Assembly: GCA_010909165.1 (NCBI GenBank)
Contig: MU008166.1
Coordinates: 248,001 to 312,000, forward strand
Reading direction: 5' to 3'
Length of the DNA: 64,000 nucleotides
Source of the DNA: Anthoceros angustus
Taxonomy: Eukaryota; Plantae; Anthocerotophyta
Shown: positions 1-14,224 of the stretch, piece after piece
How the letters are laid out: each line of letters opens with the position of its first letter
Numbering within the stretch: the first letter of the stretch is position 1
Notes under the pieces: generated by a model
Database searches by the model: none
What the model was told of the DNA's origin: nothing
The model's input: the letters and a program-made list of their open reading frames with translations, nothing else
Made by a program: the position numbers and the translations under genes

Positions 1-807
<807 letters not shown>

Positions 808-2492
808 CTCCCCTGCCGAAATCAAACAAATCAACACAAAACCGTGTTAGCACAAAGTTCCCTTCCAAGCTCTAAAAGCTCTCACTAAAGCAAAGCGAAC
901 CACAGCAAAGCAAAGCAACCCACAGCAAAACAAAGCAAACCAGGAATTGCCCCGCCATTCTGTCCTCCATGCATGCTACTCCTTCCAAGCCCTAGCTCTG
1001 TGGATCCAGAAATGCAGCAAGAATGCGAGCCTCGGCTCACTCACCCGCCGCAGAGTCTGAATTGCTGAGGCGGGAAGGACACGGTCGCTTTGGAGCAGCT
1101 ACAGTTCGAATCGAGCGCGGGGGAAGCAACGGACTCCACTCGACTCCACTCCACTCCAAAGCACTTCACTTCTTCACTTCAGGACTTCACGTCTTCACCT
1201 TCGTGCGGCGTTGAGGGACATAAATAGCGGGAACAGTCATAACGGACGTGCCAGACGCCATCGTCACTCTATCTCATGTTGGAGCATGGAACGCGGGCCA
1301 TCGGGTGGTGAGGAGATCCCAGTCTCCGGCCCGCGGCTCGGGCTGCCATGGCTTCTTGCCTGCTCCCGACCCGCCCTCCTTTCTTGCCGTCTCCCCGAGG
1401 TGCGTCACGTGCTGATTTTTATGGGCGATTAATGCCCCTGGCCCTTCTTGGTCCGGCCAAGCGTGTGTCCGTTTTCCGTTGCCGCCTTGGATTGGGCAAG
1501 GCCTTTCCCTACGTCCGTACTGCGTTAGCTCGGTACAGTGGGTGGCATTGCGGGACATGCTGGCGCGTCACCACCTTGCTTTCCACATTCTGGGGCACGA
1601 GGAAATGATGATCTGCCGGCCGGGAACCAAGCCGGGGCGTTCTTAAACGGGATGAACGTGCAGGCATGGGTCGGAGCTGGGGTTATGAAGGGGATCCAGG
1701 ATCCCAGGATAGCAGGCTCCAGCATCCAGTCTTGTGGAAGCATCAAATCCCTCTCGGTCGCGCTGCGGGCTTCTCGGAGGTGGAGTTGGCGATGGAAGCT
1801 GGGGTCTGGTGAATCGGCCCCTCAACGTGTGTTGCGTGTATGCTTCCTAGTTGTTAAGTAGGTGGAGGTGCAGTTATCAGAAGAGGTGGAGGAATCACAG
1901 CAATATCTTCCTGGTTGAAAAGTGGGTAGATGTTGCGTAAAGGGATTTTAAAGGATCACGCACAAGGTGGGGGATCTTGGGTTCTGTCCGCCCTTCAAAG
2001 ATCGTTTCATCACACCATGGTTTAGGAGAGCAAATCCTGCTTCAAGAAGCAAATGGAGGCTTTGTTTGATAAGGTGTTGTCATAAACTCAGCTGGGCAAG
2101 TCCGGCGGACCCCAGTGCGATGCTTATATGGCATGTTGATGCTATGGGATGTTGGTGAACAGTGGTTGGCAATCTCACCGCCTCGTGAGGGGTAGGAAGA
2201 GGCCACAGCAGGTCCCTAGGGGCTCAAGAGACTCGACTCATATCCTGATCTGCACAGACCAAAGCATGAGGCACGTTACAAGTTACAACACAATTGCTTT
2301 GCTGTTGCAGGAGCCGAAGGAGAACGAAGTGTAAACCCTAAACATGAGCGAGAGAAAACCTAGAAGTTCCCCACGAGAGAGCCGGAGTTGCAGAGGCAGG
2401 CGGGGAAGGGGCACACATGAATGGGCTGGAACAGACGATGGGAGGAGTGGATACCTGCAGGGGAGTTTAGTCGTCAATCTTTGGGCTTCTCT

Positions 2493-2642
2493 TCAGTTTC
2501 GATACTGTTCCTCCAAATCGTGGGCAACCATAACACCGGTTTGGAGCAGCACGTTGATGTTGGGAACCTTGTAGTTCTGCGCAAGGTAGACTCCAACAAA
2601 CGTGCCGAGTGTGAAGCAGAGCGTGCTCCTCATGAACCCCAT
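2493..2642 (-). CDS. STMP1: STMP1/DUF4535-family short transmembrane microprotein (49 aa as assembled)
   Basis: MGFMRSTLCFTLGTFVGVYLAQNYKVPNI matches the G.Y.AQNY.VPN signature of the family. ATG at 2642, nested in a longer spurious ORF. Confidence 0.8.
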   Translation of the reverse strand: MGFMRSTLCFTLGTFVGVYLAQNYKVPNINVLLQTGVMVAHDLEEQYRN

Positions 2643-3005
2643 TTCAGCGACACTAGCCCTAATCTCCTCCACTTCACACGGGCCTCGATCTGCAAGCCAT
2701 GCTGGCCAACACACACGGCCGATGCAGCGCCTTGCAGCACTCCATCGGCCTTTCGGTACTCTTCCTCCAGCGGAAGCGTCTCCTTCTGCTACGACCTTCA
2801 ACGGGGAGGTTTGAATTCGCCGCCTTCCGCTACGATGTGAGCGCAAGTGCTGCAATCACCCTCCGGCGATCAAGAGGCGTTGGACAGTGCAGACGCCAGA
2901 TTTCCGATCCTCGTCAACATGCACTGTCAGATAATTTTTGTTAACCCCAGAATGACCGAGAGTGGTTGTTTGGTTCTTGATTTTTCTGTGAAAATTCCTC
3001 TTATT

Positions 3006-5383
3006 CTAGTCCACTTCTTCGTTTTCTCCTGTACCCTTTGCATCCTGACCCAAAGCAGATGGGTTAAGGTTTGTGGCCCGTATCTCCTTGGGAGGGGTGT
3101 TCTGAGACACACTGGAATGTGTCGGTGAAGCATAAAGAGGGTACCCTTCTTCCATTGGAGGCAAGGTGTGCGGAGTTGCAGATAAATTGTAGGCTGAATC
3201 ATCCCTTGGCAGCTTCAAGGTGGATGAGGTTTGCGTCATTCTCCTGGAGAAGTCTTTGCGGCGTGGAAGTTGTATGGCAGCATCTATGTTGTCCGGGAGG
3301 CCCCTGTGCCTGCCCAGAAACATAACTATCACCACAATTGCCTTGCCAGCGACGCTCCACTTGCCTGAAAAGCTGTAGGGCACGTCCTCGCAGGGGATGG
3401 TTGGCTGGATTTGGCGGGCTAGCTCACAGCTGTATCCGATAGACACTCCCACGTTGCCGTAGGCACTGCATAGGAGACGCATGGATGATTGTCAGCGAGT
3501 CATAATGGCTAACCGTCAACGCTGCAATACCGGGGAGTACTAGTACAGGCAGGAGTGGAAAGCTGCAACTCACCTAATGATCTCAAACACGATGTTCAGG
3601 AGTGAGAAGTTCAGAGGATCCTGCTTGATGTTCTTGTTGTGGATAATGCACAATATAAAGATGGCGATGAATAGGTAAGCAGAATCACGAGCTAGCAGCC
3701 TTCTTGCTTGCATGGATATCTTGCTCCCTACAAGCTCTGACTCCCAGTTCGTAGCATATACCCCAAGATCTGCCTCATTGTAGATGTCCGTCTGTGCCTT
3801 GGTATGCTGACGGGAGAGGAAAACCGGGTGCACTGCGATATACCTGAACGGGCAACAAGTGTTTGAACTCAAGGCCTTGGTGTGAGAACAGCGAGCTGTA
3901 GGTTTCAAGTTGAGATGCTTACATCATGCCCGCATACAGGAAAAGCATGGCTGATGTGAGCTCCACCAAGAAGACCACGTTAAAGCCAGCATTCGAGTGC
4001 TCACAGCCTGGAACAATCCCACCACCATCTTGTAGCCAGCTCCTAACCCTTTCAACGCAGTTGGGCTCCAATCCAAGGTGCAAAACGCAAGGGTTTCCAC
4101 ACCATTGAATGCCATCACCGTGAGAAGCAGCCAGATGGTCTGCTTCCGAGGGAACATGTGAGCGTAGCATCTCCGAGGATGCTCTAACAGGTACTTGTAC
4201 ACCTGCTTCTTGTGGCCGTGAGAGACCGAGTATAAAACCTACACGAAGAACCTCATGCACGGTGCAAAGAGGGTGTTCCCCGCGAGAAAAACAAAGCTGA
4301 CAACAAGAAGCAGGATCACCGATTTCTGGAACGGCACAAAACTGTCATCCAGTAGCGAGATGCCTGCATTCGAGAAGGCAGCCACATGAAGACTGCATAA
4401 AACAACCTATTCACATGCCGCTCTTTCAGCGTCTGCACAGCATCTGCTGCACCGAACAAGTAGAGGGAAATGGCCAGAATGCCAGCCAATTGAACCCCGA
4501 TGAAATAAGCCGGGACAAGCCCGCTGAGAGACAGCAGAGACTCATGCTCCAGAAGCTTGGAAGTGGAAGGTTCCAGAAACGTTCTAGCGTCATCCGATTC
4601 CACACTTGTCATGTAAGAAATCCTGGACTGTTTTCTGGACATAGGTCTGGGTCCCTCTAGTCTGTCGGACAAGGCTCGGGAAATGTTGAGCATCAAAGCG
4701 AGCGTCCTCGCATCCTTTACGGACCCTGAGGACAAGGTGCGGTAGAGTATTTCATCCTGCACTTGCTCGCTGACGGAAAACCTGGTGGGCGACTTCATTG
4801 CCTCCACATCCACGTTTTCCACGTCGCCAGCCACCACCGTGTCTCTGGCCAGCTGATCCATGGCAGCTGCCTTCTCCTTCAGCCTCTGCTCCCGGATGTA
4901 CCTCTTGAAGTAGTGCCTTCTCACCAAAACCGGCAGCAGGGAGAGGAAGACCTGGCTCCCGAGCAGCATCATCAGCACCAGCACAACTTTGTCGAACTGC
5001 GAGAGATGTGCCATCTTGACGGTCACCAGCCCGGTGACATTGAACAGGGCATCGATGAAGGCAATGCCGTCATTGTGCTTGGGAGACAACCAGATGGTGA
5101 GGCTGCCGATGCAGGCCACCAGAATGAAGTAGCAGAGATGAAGGCGGTAGAAGGTGACATGGTTTTCGACAAATTGCTGCACAAGCGGCCTGGCTCGGGC
5201 TGCCAGCCTCTCCATTTTCTTGTATTCCCTATCTCTCCTGGCCTTCAGAGTGGTGAAGAAGCTTGAAAGTACTTTCATGTCGAAATCCCAGCTCCTGACT
5301 GCTCTCTTCCAAGCCTGCTGGAGAAAGGCAGGAAGCTTAAGGTGAGGTTGAGCTCCCCCGGGCTCCATGGCTGCATACGCCAT
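3006..5383 (-). CDS. HKT: HKT/Trk-family cation transporter, 3 exons; disrupted as assembled (2 frameshifts, 1 TAG, short first pore helix)
   Basis: Four pore loops: VTGL, AFSNAG (alternative frame), STRNAG (alternative frame) and AYGNVG.S.GY. Also [46 protein letters not shown]. Introns at about 3924-3846 and 3573-3468. Confidence 0.9.
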
Positions 5384-5672
5384 CTACGCAGGCTCACGTA
5401 CGTTAGCATGTGCAGCAACAGTCTGCAACAACATTCCATTCCCGTGAAAGTTTTGCACAAACATGGCGACTTGTGCACGGTTTCGTCATCAGCTGCCCCA
5501 TGCCGGTCACGTATCGCTAGATATGTCGGGCCCAGGTCGTGTACTTGAGGTGAATGTCCGAGCAGGCAAAGGATCAGGTGCTCGCGAGCTGCTTTGCACG
5601 TTACAGGAACATCTATCCGGACTTGTTATACTGTACATTGTTCCCAGGCTGCCATGACATCTGGCAATCCGT

Positions 5673-7444
5673 CTAATCCAAACCTTGGGGAAAGCTGACC
5701 GGTTCTTGCAAAGCCGGATTAGGAATCGGATCAGAATCAGGCGTATGAGAGTCTGACTGCAACCAGGTGGTGGTATTTTCCAGCCACAACTTGATGGAAT
5801 TGTTCAGAGATGTTCTCCTTGGTGGATCAGGGATGTCTGCTGGGGCCAAGGGTACGTGTACGTCAGCAGCATCTGTTCTGGGATGGAGATTAATGGAGGG
5901 ACCATGGAATCTCGTGGGTCGACCAGCTATGGGATCCAGCAGGCCACTGCGTGAAAGCTCACTGGGGAGCTGCATCCATCTGGTGACTGCCCTAGGCATG
6001 CTGCTGATTGTCGACCTCTCAGACTGCTGCTGCACCTGCACCTCCTGTGACTGAGGTTGTGGGTGATCATGCATGATGCTCCCAAGCTGGCCAGGCAGAA
6101 GATGCCATTGGGCTGGTTTGTGGGAACTGGCTGTACTGCCCACCATATGATCAGCATCAGCCTCCACACTGAAGGTGATCGATTCTCCCGTGACTACTCC
6201 TGGATCAGCATCAATGCAAGTGCCAGTGGTGTCGTCACGCGTGATAACGGTCCTGTGTGTTGTGGCATTTGACCCCAAAGCTGGCTCCAAGGTCGAGGTC
6301 AGAGACCCAACATCCTCACATCCAGAATAGCCGACTGGAGGATCTGGGTGCGCAGGCTTCTTGTAAATACGGCAGAGAGCAACCTCACTCTGCACTTCAA
6401 GTGTTTGTTAATCGTCAGCATGTGTATGTACAATTGGACAGATATCGATGGACTACATTCTTGCGACAATCGCATGCATGTTGGCTTGCAATCTGACAGG
6501 GTACATGCAAATACCTGGTAGCAAAATGCCGCGCTCCACTCTGATACGAAGTTGTCGTCCTCATGAGCATGAAGGTCCAAGGGCCATGGAGGCTTCTCCT
6601 GGCCATGGACGTTAGCAAGTGCAAGGCTGGACCCTTGATTGTTCGCCGTTTTTGTGTCAAACGAGAGGTGATCAGCAGTGCCTAACCTGTACTCATTCAT
6701 CACCCAGTTGGATTTGATTCCTCGGGGAGCTCTGCCCACGTAGAAAACCAGAGTCTTCTTCAGGCCGATGGTGTTCAGCTTGGAGCTTCTCACTGGCCGA
6801 TCTGTCCCTGTGGCCTTCCAGTAGCCTGCGTGCGTCACTCTGTTGGGGCGAGGTCCGTTTGGGTACTTCTTGTCCCGTGGGCAGAAGAGAAACCAGGGTC
6901 CCTCCCCTGCCCCAGTCCCAGAAGCCGCCATCGCTGTCATATCACAGAAAATCACGTGCACTTCGAGCTCGTCATACGAATTCACGAATGGATCAGAGTT
7001 CTCCAAGATCTTGCAAGCACAGAACAAAACCAACTTCCAGCCCAGCCTATAAGAATCTTTGTAGCATTCAAAACAGGTAGATTCAGGACATCATCGTTTC
7101 TAGAGTGCATGGAGCCAGGCTGAAGAACTTTCTGAACCTGGAAGCTCCCATGGATCGAACCGATATAGGTCGATGAGGGGTATGAACTGGAGAATTCGCT
7201 TCCGGTTGTGCCCGTCCACCATGTTGGTGAGGTAGTAGCCCACCAGCTCCTCGTCCGTGGGATGGAACCGAAACCCAGGCATCTGATCGAACTGCTTCTC
7301 CACGGCAGCCGAATTCAGCCCTGCCGGTGCTCCCATGTTCATCACCACGGGCTTCAGGTTGCTGTGGCCGGAATCTCCCGAGACTGCACTCACCGTAAAG
7401 CTGGCTTCAAAAGGCTCCATGGACATGTGTGGCAAGTCACGCAT
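5673..7444 (-). CDS. NAC-domain transcription factor, 3 exons (7444-7138, 6933-~6517, 6389-5673)
   Basis: Subdomain motifs [79 protein letters not shown] and ALCRIYKK, followed by a low-complexity C-terminus. Canonical splice sites; the start ATG is uncertain (7444, 7426 or 7342). Confidence 0.95.
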
Positions 7445-8433
7445 GAATTCACCACTTTCAAGGTGCCTGATCAGCAGCTGGCCGCTGGCTGCTGGCTGCT
7501 GGCTGCTAGCCTCGTGACTGCAAGCTCATTACGACTGGTACTCTCACAGCCAAGCTGGGACCGGGAGCAGTCCCATTGTTGACTGGACCCGATTCTCCAT
7601 TACTCCCTAAGCTTAAGGCTCACGACTCTGATCTTCATGTACATTTGCACGCAAACGAGTACTCAGCAACGTCCATTTCATGCATCTACTTGCATGACGG
7701 GCCGCCACCTGGGAAACAAATGTCGCAGTCGGGGCAATGTGTGACCTTTTGGGATCAAATCACGGGGCCGGTAGGTGTGGAAAGCGGATGGTGACATGCA
7801 CACTCACCACGCCTCCAGGCCCCAGCCCCTGCAACCACAGGAGTGCTACAACCGGGATTCACAGAGGCTTGCATTTTATGGGGAATTCAGACTGTCCAGA
7901 GTGTTCTGTGAATTTCCGTACAGTCACGGGGAGGAATTTGGAGATTCGTGGCGCACTGGAGAAGCCAATTCGTGCTCGTACGCGGGTGTTTTATCTGCCT
8001 GTCCAGAATGGCAGCATAGCTTTTCGTTGACCCAGGACCCCTAGGCTCACGGCCTTCGCGCGCTCCACACCTGCCCGTTGGGTTGCAAGATTCATGGGCT
8101 TCAACGGCCTCGGTGTTTCCTGAGTCCTCTAAGATGTTGGGTTTTCTCGCAGATAGGACAAACAGTGCGCTGTCCGACTTCCGAGCCGAATTGGAAGAGC
8201 CTTGTCTTATTTGGCAGGCAACGGCCGGTGATGTCCCCGATTGAGTCTTCCTTGGGAGTTGTGACCTTGTGATCGCCTTGTCGGTGAGCTTACCAACGTA
8301 TGCTTTGTGATCGGAGACTGACGTGGCAGACTACTAGTTCTTGCTTTTCCTGAACGGTGGACGAATTGTGAAGGAAGTCTGGGAGAACCCACATGAGATC
8401 AAAGCTGGAGCTGGTCCTGCGAGAGTCGTCGGG

Positions 8434-11400
8434 ATGAAGCTGTTTCTGGTCTGGCTGATGCTGTTATGCCTCCAAGACAGGCATTTTGTGTCAGCTACAT
8501 TTCAGCAATTTGGGATAAACGGGACCGCCCCTGGCCGGGTGCCAGGGAAGCTGAACGTGCACTTGGTGCCTCATACACATGATGATGTGGGTTGGCTCAA
8601 GACCGTAGACCAATATTTTACTGGATCGAACAACAGCATCCAGGTACTTGGTTTGGAAGCCAGTTCTGCAGGAGTCTGTTTACTGAACGTTGGGAGGGAA
8701 GAATTTGAGTTCTGGGAGGTGTTGACGCAGACGGCTAATGTGAGATCGATCCTGGACACCCTGGTTGATGCGTTGCTCAAAGATCCGAACAGGAAGTTTG
8801 TGTATGTGGAGCAGGTGAGCTGTGAGGATGGGTCATGTCGATCGACTTGCTCTGAACAGGAAGTGATGGATGTAGAACTAGTCTATCAGGGGGAGTGTGT
8901 TGCATTCATGAACATGAGTTGGTTGCAGGCTTTCTTCCAGAGGTGGTGGAGAGAGCAGAGTGCGGAGAGAAGAAGCAATGTGCAGACTCTGGTTTCGAAC
9001 GGGCAGCTTGAATTCATGTAAAGACATGACCTGTGTGAGCCAGCACTTCCTGCAGGAAGGATAATCCTGGGCTTCACATAATGTGATAATAGTTTCTCTC
9101 ACATACATCTCTGCAGTAATGGCGGATGGTGTATGCATGACGAGGCCACGGTTCACTACGTTGACATGATCGACCAAACCACACTTGGGCACCGGTTTTT
9201 GAAGCAAGAGTTCAATGTCGTTCCTACTGTTGGGTGGCAGATAGACCCTTTTGGACACTCTTCGGTTCAGGCTTACCTTCTTGGAGCGCAGGTCGGAGCT
9301 CTTTCCAGAGCCTATGTTCGCGGGAGTTCAGGGGAATCCGTTTGCTATTAGGCGACTGAGGGCCGTTTATTGTGGTTGCGCAGCTGGGCTTGTCGTCCTT
9401 GTTTTTTGCAAGGATTGACTACCAGGATTTCGCCAACCGCCAGAAGCAGAAAACCCTGGAATTTATCTGGAGACCGTCAAAAACCTTTGGCTCTTCCAGT
9501 CAGGTAGGTCGTTCACACATCAAGCTCATGGCTGCAAGTGGGTGTTTGGGCTCTGGGATTGAAACAAGACCTGGGTTTAGGAGTGCAGATCTTCACAGGA
9601 GTGCTTTACAACGGCTACGGCGCTCCTCCTAATTTCAACTGGGATGTTTACTCAAAGGACCCCATCTTTCAGGTATCGTAAAAGAAAAGAAAAGTGTCTT
9701 CTAGCTGTTCCCGTTGCTCCAAGGCTTATGTTGAGATTGCTGACCAACATTTTGGTACCTGCAGGATGACCCTCTGTTTTCAGATTACAATGTCGATGAA
9801 ATTGTGGAGGCATTTGTTGATTATGCAAGGTTGCAGGTACCGTTGCTTGAATGTGGGTTGAATGAATCTCTTGGAAACCAGTAATGTTCTAACTTGTCTC
9901 AATGCAGGCTTCGTACTACCAAGGGGATGATATAATGCTGACAATGGGTACAGACTTTCAGTACACTTTCTCCGAAACATGGTTTAGGGAAATGGACAAG
10001 CTCATACTCCATGCTAACCAGGTCAAAACGTTACTCTTCAACTTCGAAGGACCTTAGTGCTATTCAAACGCTCATTGAAATTGGCCGCTTCTTCAGGATG
10101 GCAGAGTGAATGCGTTTTACTCGACACCAAGCATATACACAGCTTCTAAGATTGCAGCCGAAGTCACCTGGGAAGTTAAGACTGATGATTTCTTCCCGTG
10201 AGTTACAGCTCCACCCATGTCAGCAATGTTCATGATCTCACTTGATTAGCTCCAGCTTTTGATAAGTCTTTTCGTGGACCCATGCATCTTGCACTCTTCC
10301 AGGTATGCAGATTGTCCGAATTGTTTCTGGACAGGCTACTTCACCAGTCGAGCTGCATTGAAGGGCTATGTCAGAGACATGAGTGCTCTTTTGCAAGTAA
10401 GCATGAACTTCTAGTTGACTGGGGACTGTCTAGTATGAAGCAACTTCTTTCCTGACATCCATCGAATATATGAACTAGGCGGGGAGGCAGCTGGAGTATA
10501 TCACTGGCAGAAAGGAGCAAGGCAACACAACATATTCTTTGGAGGAAGCTTTGGGTATCCTACAACACCATGACGGTGTTTCAGGCACGGAAAAGCAGCA
10601 TGTTGCATTTGATTATGCACGTAGACTGGCGATCGGTGAGGCCGAGGTTAGTAGATACCCCAACAGCGTCATTTTCTGCTGGAACGCAAGGTTCATGTAG
10701 ACTCACGTGTTGTCTTGCAGACCCATGGGACAATAACCGCAGCGTTGGCATCTCTTGCATCATCTAACGCTTCTGAAACAAGTTTTGTACAGGTATATTT
10801 GAATGAGATAACTGGCACACCACGGCAGAACAGTGATTTCCATTTTGATTAGTGCCTGATAATCTCCGTCTGATGGTTGTTCTTACCAGTGTCCAGGACT
10901 GAACATCAGCTATTGCCCACCTTCAGAAAGTGTATCCAGCAGTGGACACAGCCTAGTGAGTAACGAAGCAACTATTGAGCTTTGCCAAGATGAAATCTCC
11001 CGTTTTCCCATTTGCATTACCTTGTGCATGCAATGACCAATCTGAACAACGTCCACTGGCAGGTAGTAGTCATCTATAATCCTCTTGGGTGGACTCGCAC
11101 AGAGTACGTTCGCATTCCGGTAAATCACTACCTTGACCCATCTATTTCCGGTAATCTAATAACCACGAATCCAGACATCTCACAGCATTCACGTGGTTGC
11201 AAAGTAGGTCGCAGGACCAGTCTCTGTTACCGACTCAAATGGCAGCGCTGTGACTTCTCAGCTAGTACCTTTAGATGTGACAACACAGAGACTCAGAGCA
11301 TTTTACGCCAAAGCCAACTACGGTGCTCAAGATCCTAACTCTGGACCACTTTATTGGCTTACATTCCCAGCAAGTGTTCCACCTCTTGGTTACAGCTCAT

Positions 11401-13975
11401 ACACAATCTCGACCTCTAAGAGTACTGGTACGCCCGGAAACAGCTAGAATTTCCATGCGACAGTTATGAACAAGAACTAGTTGGAGTCTTCTGTGTTTAT
11501 TTGGTTGTTTCCCAATGTGCAGCGGTCATCTCAACACCTCTGTCCAGAAACAATCCATCCTTGAACGACGTGGAAGCTGAAAGTGACAGTTTCAAAGCCA
11601 CGTTCTCTGCCACGACTGGTTTGTTGAAAAGCGTAACAAACCTAGCTCAGAATGTAGGGACACCCCTCTTGCAGTTTCTCTGAGAAACAGAAGTGAAGTG
11701 TTGAGGTGAGCATGACTAAATGACCAGGAACTAACCCATGCCACCATGCCAGGTGACTTCTACTTTGGAGCAAGAGTATTACTATTACGTTGGGTTTGAT
11801 GGACTTGATTCACAGGTGAACCAGCATATGTGTAGTAGACTGGTTCTTTTTTTTAGTTCAAGCACAAGACCTGATTCATGAAGAATTGCCGCTGGTAGGA
11901 CTCCGGAGCGTACATCTTTCGTCCAAATGACAAGACTCCTGTCAACGTCTCAGCAAATGTAAGCGGAACTTTGGTTGGCTCTGGTGATCTACTTCATCTC
12001 CTTGAACCTGTATGAGTGACTTTGCCAAGTCTCCAACGTAGCAGGTCTCTTGGGATCTGTACGAAGGTCCTCTATTGTGTGAGCTCCAGCAACAGTTTTC
12101 TCCATGGATCTCACAGGTGCAGACTCTTGTCCCCTTCTGGAAATGCAGACATTTATGACAAATCTCTCAAAGAAATATCTCGACATGACTATATTGGTGT
12201 GTCCTTGTAGGTAGTTAGACTGTTCAAGGGGCAAGACCATGCCGAAGTGGAGTTCACGGTAGACCAAACTCCGGAACCAGTCCTGCTAGGTCTGCTCATG
12301 GCCTTTCTTGTCTATGCTTACATAATAATCTGCCTTTCAGGTGGGGCCTATCCCTACTGATGATGGGATAGGGAAAGAAGTTATCACTCGCGTGTCCACG
12401 AACATTCAAAGCAATGGTACCTTCTATACAGACTCCAACGGCCGAGACTTCTTGAAGCGGGTGCAGATCGTCTCCCTCTCCCATGGAAGATATGATCGAG
12501 TTTCTGCCAGTTCGGAGTCCTTAATTCAGTCCTTGTGTTGTATTCTGCTCACTCTTTTACCAACCGTTGACTACGGCATTTCTAGGTGAGAGACTACAGG
12601 CCCACGTGGAACTACCAAGTGAATGAACCAGTTGCTGGAAACTACTATCCGGTATGTTCCTGATTCTGTGAGAATGAAGTGAACATTACAGACGCTCAGC
12701 TCAAGTTCTGCAGCCTGGACATACGAAGCACTGAAAAGGGGTGTTTGCAAACAGTTAAATCTGGGCATCTACTTGAATGACAACGACAGAGATCTGTCTG
12801 TGCTCGTCGACCGTGCTGAAGGAGGTGCGAGCATTGCGGATGGCCAGTTGGAGATCATGCTTCACAGGTTCATCAAACTCACCTTTCTCACACGTATGAA
12901 GCCCTGAGAAGCTGCTTATGTGTATCTTCTCCTAGGGTGCAGGCGCTTGATAGAAGATGATGGCCGGGGTGTTGGTGAGGCTTTAGATGAAGTGGTCTGC
13001 ACCAGTGATTCATGTGAACCTTTAACTGTACGTGTTGCACCTTCTTGTCTGTGTTTTGGGTGGAAACATACGACACTTCGTAATCACTAAAGCAGCACAA
13101 AATGACCGACAGGTTCGAGGCAAGCACTATGTAAGTGTCAATCCATCGTCAAAAGCAGCTCAATGGCGTCGTACGTTGGGGCAAAGGATCCTGGCTCCTG
13201 TGCAACTTGCTTTCTCAGTTCAGGTATATCTCTGTCGATGCTACAGTAGTATTGCACGAAATGCGTTACCAAGTGCTGAACTGTGTCATTACATGACAGG
13301 AAGGAGACGAGTCGCCGATCAAATTCAAAGCAAACTTTTCAATGTTCGCTCCTGGTTATGTGCTCCCACCAAATGCTGCTATTCTCACTCTCCAGGTTGG
13401 TACCAGCTGGAGATCTTACCTACCACTTATCTGTCTGATAGCATTGGACTATGTAGACCCTGAGGGCCTAAGTCACGATGTTGATTTCTTGACAGGAACT
13501 TGACAACAGGGACGTGCTCCTACGACTCGCCCACCTGTACGAGGTAACTTATCTTTGCACGTCACCATCAGTAGGCATCTGAGCTACAGAATTGAGCGGG
13601 CACAAGGCTGATGACAATGAAACTCTCATGTCAGGCGAATGAAGATGTCACGCTGTCACAGCTTGCTGAAGTTGATTTGAAGCAGGTTTTCTCAAACAAG
13701 AAGGTGAGTTCCAAGCTTTGTCCAAATGCAAAAGTTATGTACCACCGGTGTGAGCGTGCTGACTTTGCCACCCCCGGTGTAAGCAGATAGTAAACGCAAC
13801 GGAGGTCAGTTTGTCTGCCAACCAAAACAGAGCTGATCTGAAGCCCCTCCTGTGTAAGGTCGCCAACGGAGAACCGGATCCTAGACCATTGCAGGGCGCT
13901 CCATTCACTTTAGATACTGGAATTGTTGAACTCGGTCCTATGGAAATTCGCACGTTTATTCTACAGTTGGCGTAG
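8434..13975 (+). CDS. Class II alpha-mannosidase (GH38, vacuolar/lysosomal type), ~29 exons, apparently intact
   Basis: Signal peptide [13 protein letters not shown], then [130 protein letters not shown] traced the exons by eye and found no frame break. Confidence 0.97.
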
Positions 13976-14224
13976 TTAGATGCAGTTTGAGTGAACAGAG
14001 AGCGGTGAAGAGCCAACGAGTACTCAGCTTGTCCGCGATAAGTTTCCAATATTCTGGCCTATTTGTATATGTGGTGAACGATTCCTTCTTGTTATGCCGG
14101 TTCCAGTTCCGATACCGTTACACGGGTTGGACACTTTGATAAAGGTGTTGGGGGCTTAGCTAAAGAGCCGGTTTTCCAGAGCCTTTTAATCAATTATATA
14201 GACCTTATTATGTACAGCCAAATA

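Noticed and set aside
1023-2480. Short ORFs between GMD and STMP1, and similar ones at 31567-32730 and 33846-34819
   Set aside because: No recognisable motifs; they overlap promoters, UTRs and UTR introns, or are antisense shadows in GC-rich DNA.
4239-4241. RNA editing as a rescue of the HKT TAG
   Set aside because: Plant C/U editing is organellar and could not turn UAG into UGG; this is an intron-containing nuclear gene.
7290-7302. miR164-like sequence in the NAC gene
   Set aside because: The match (TGGAGAAGCAG) is in miRNA-sense orientation on the mRNA and only 11 nt, so it is not a target site.
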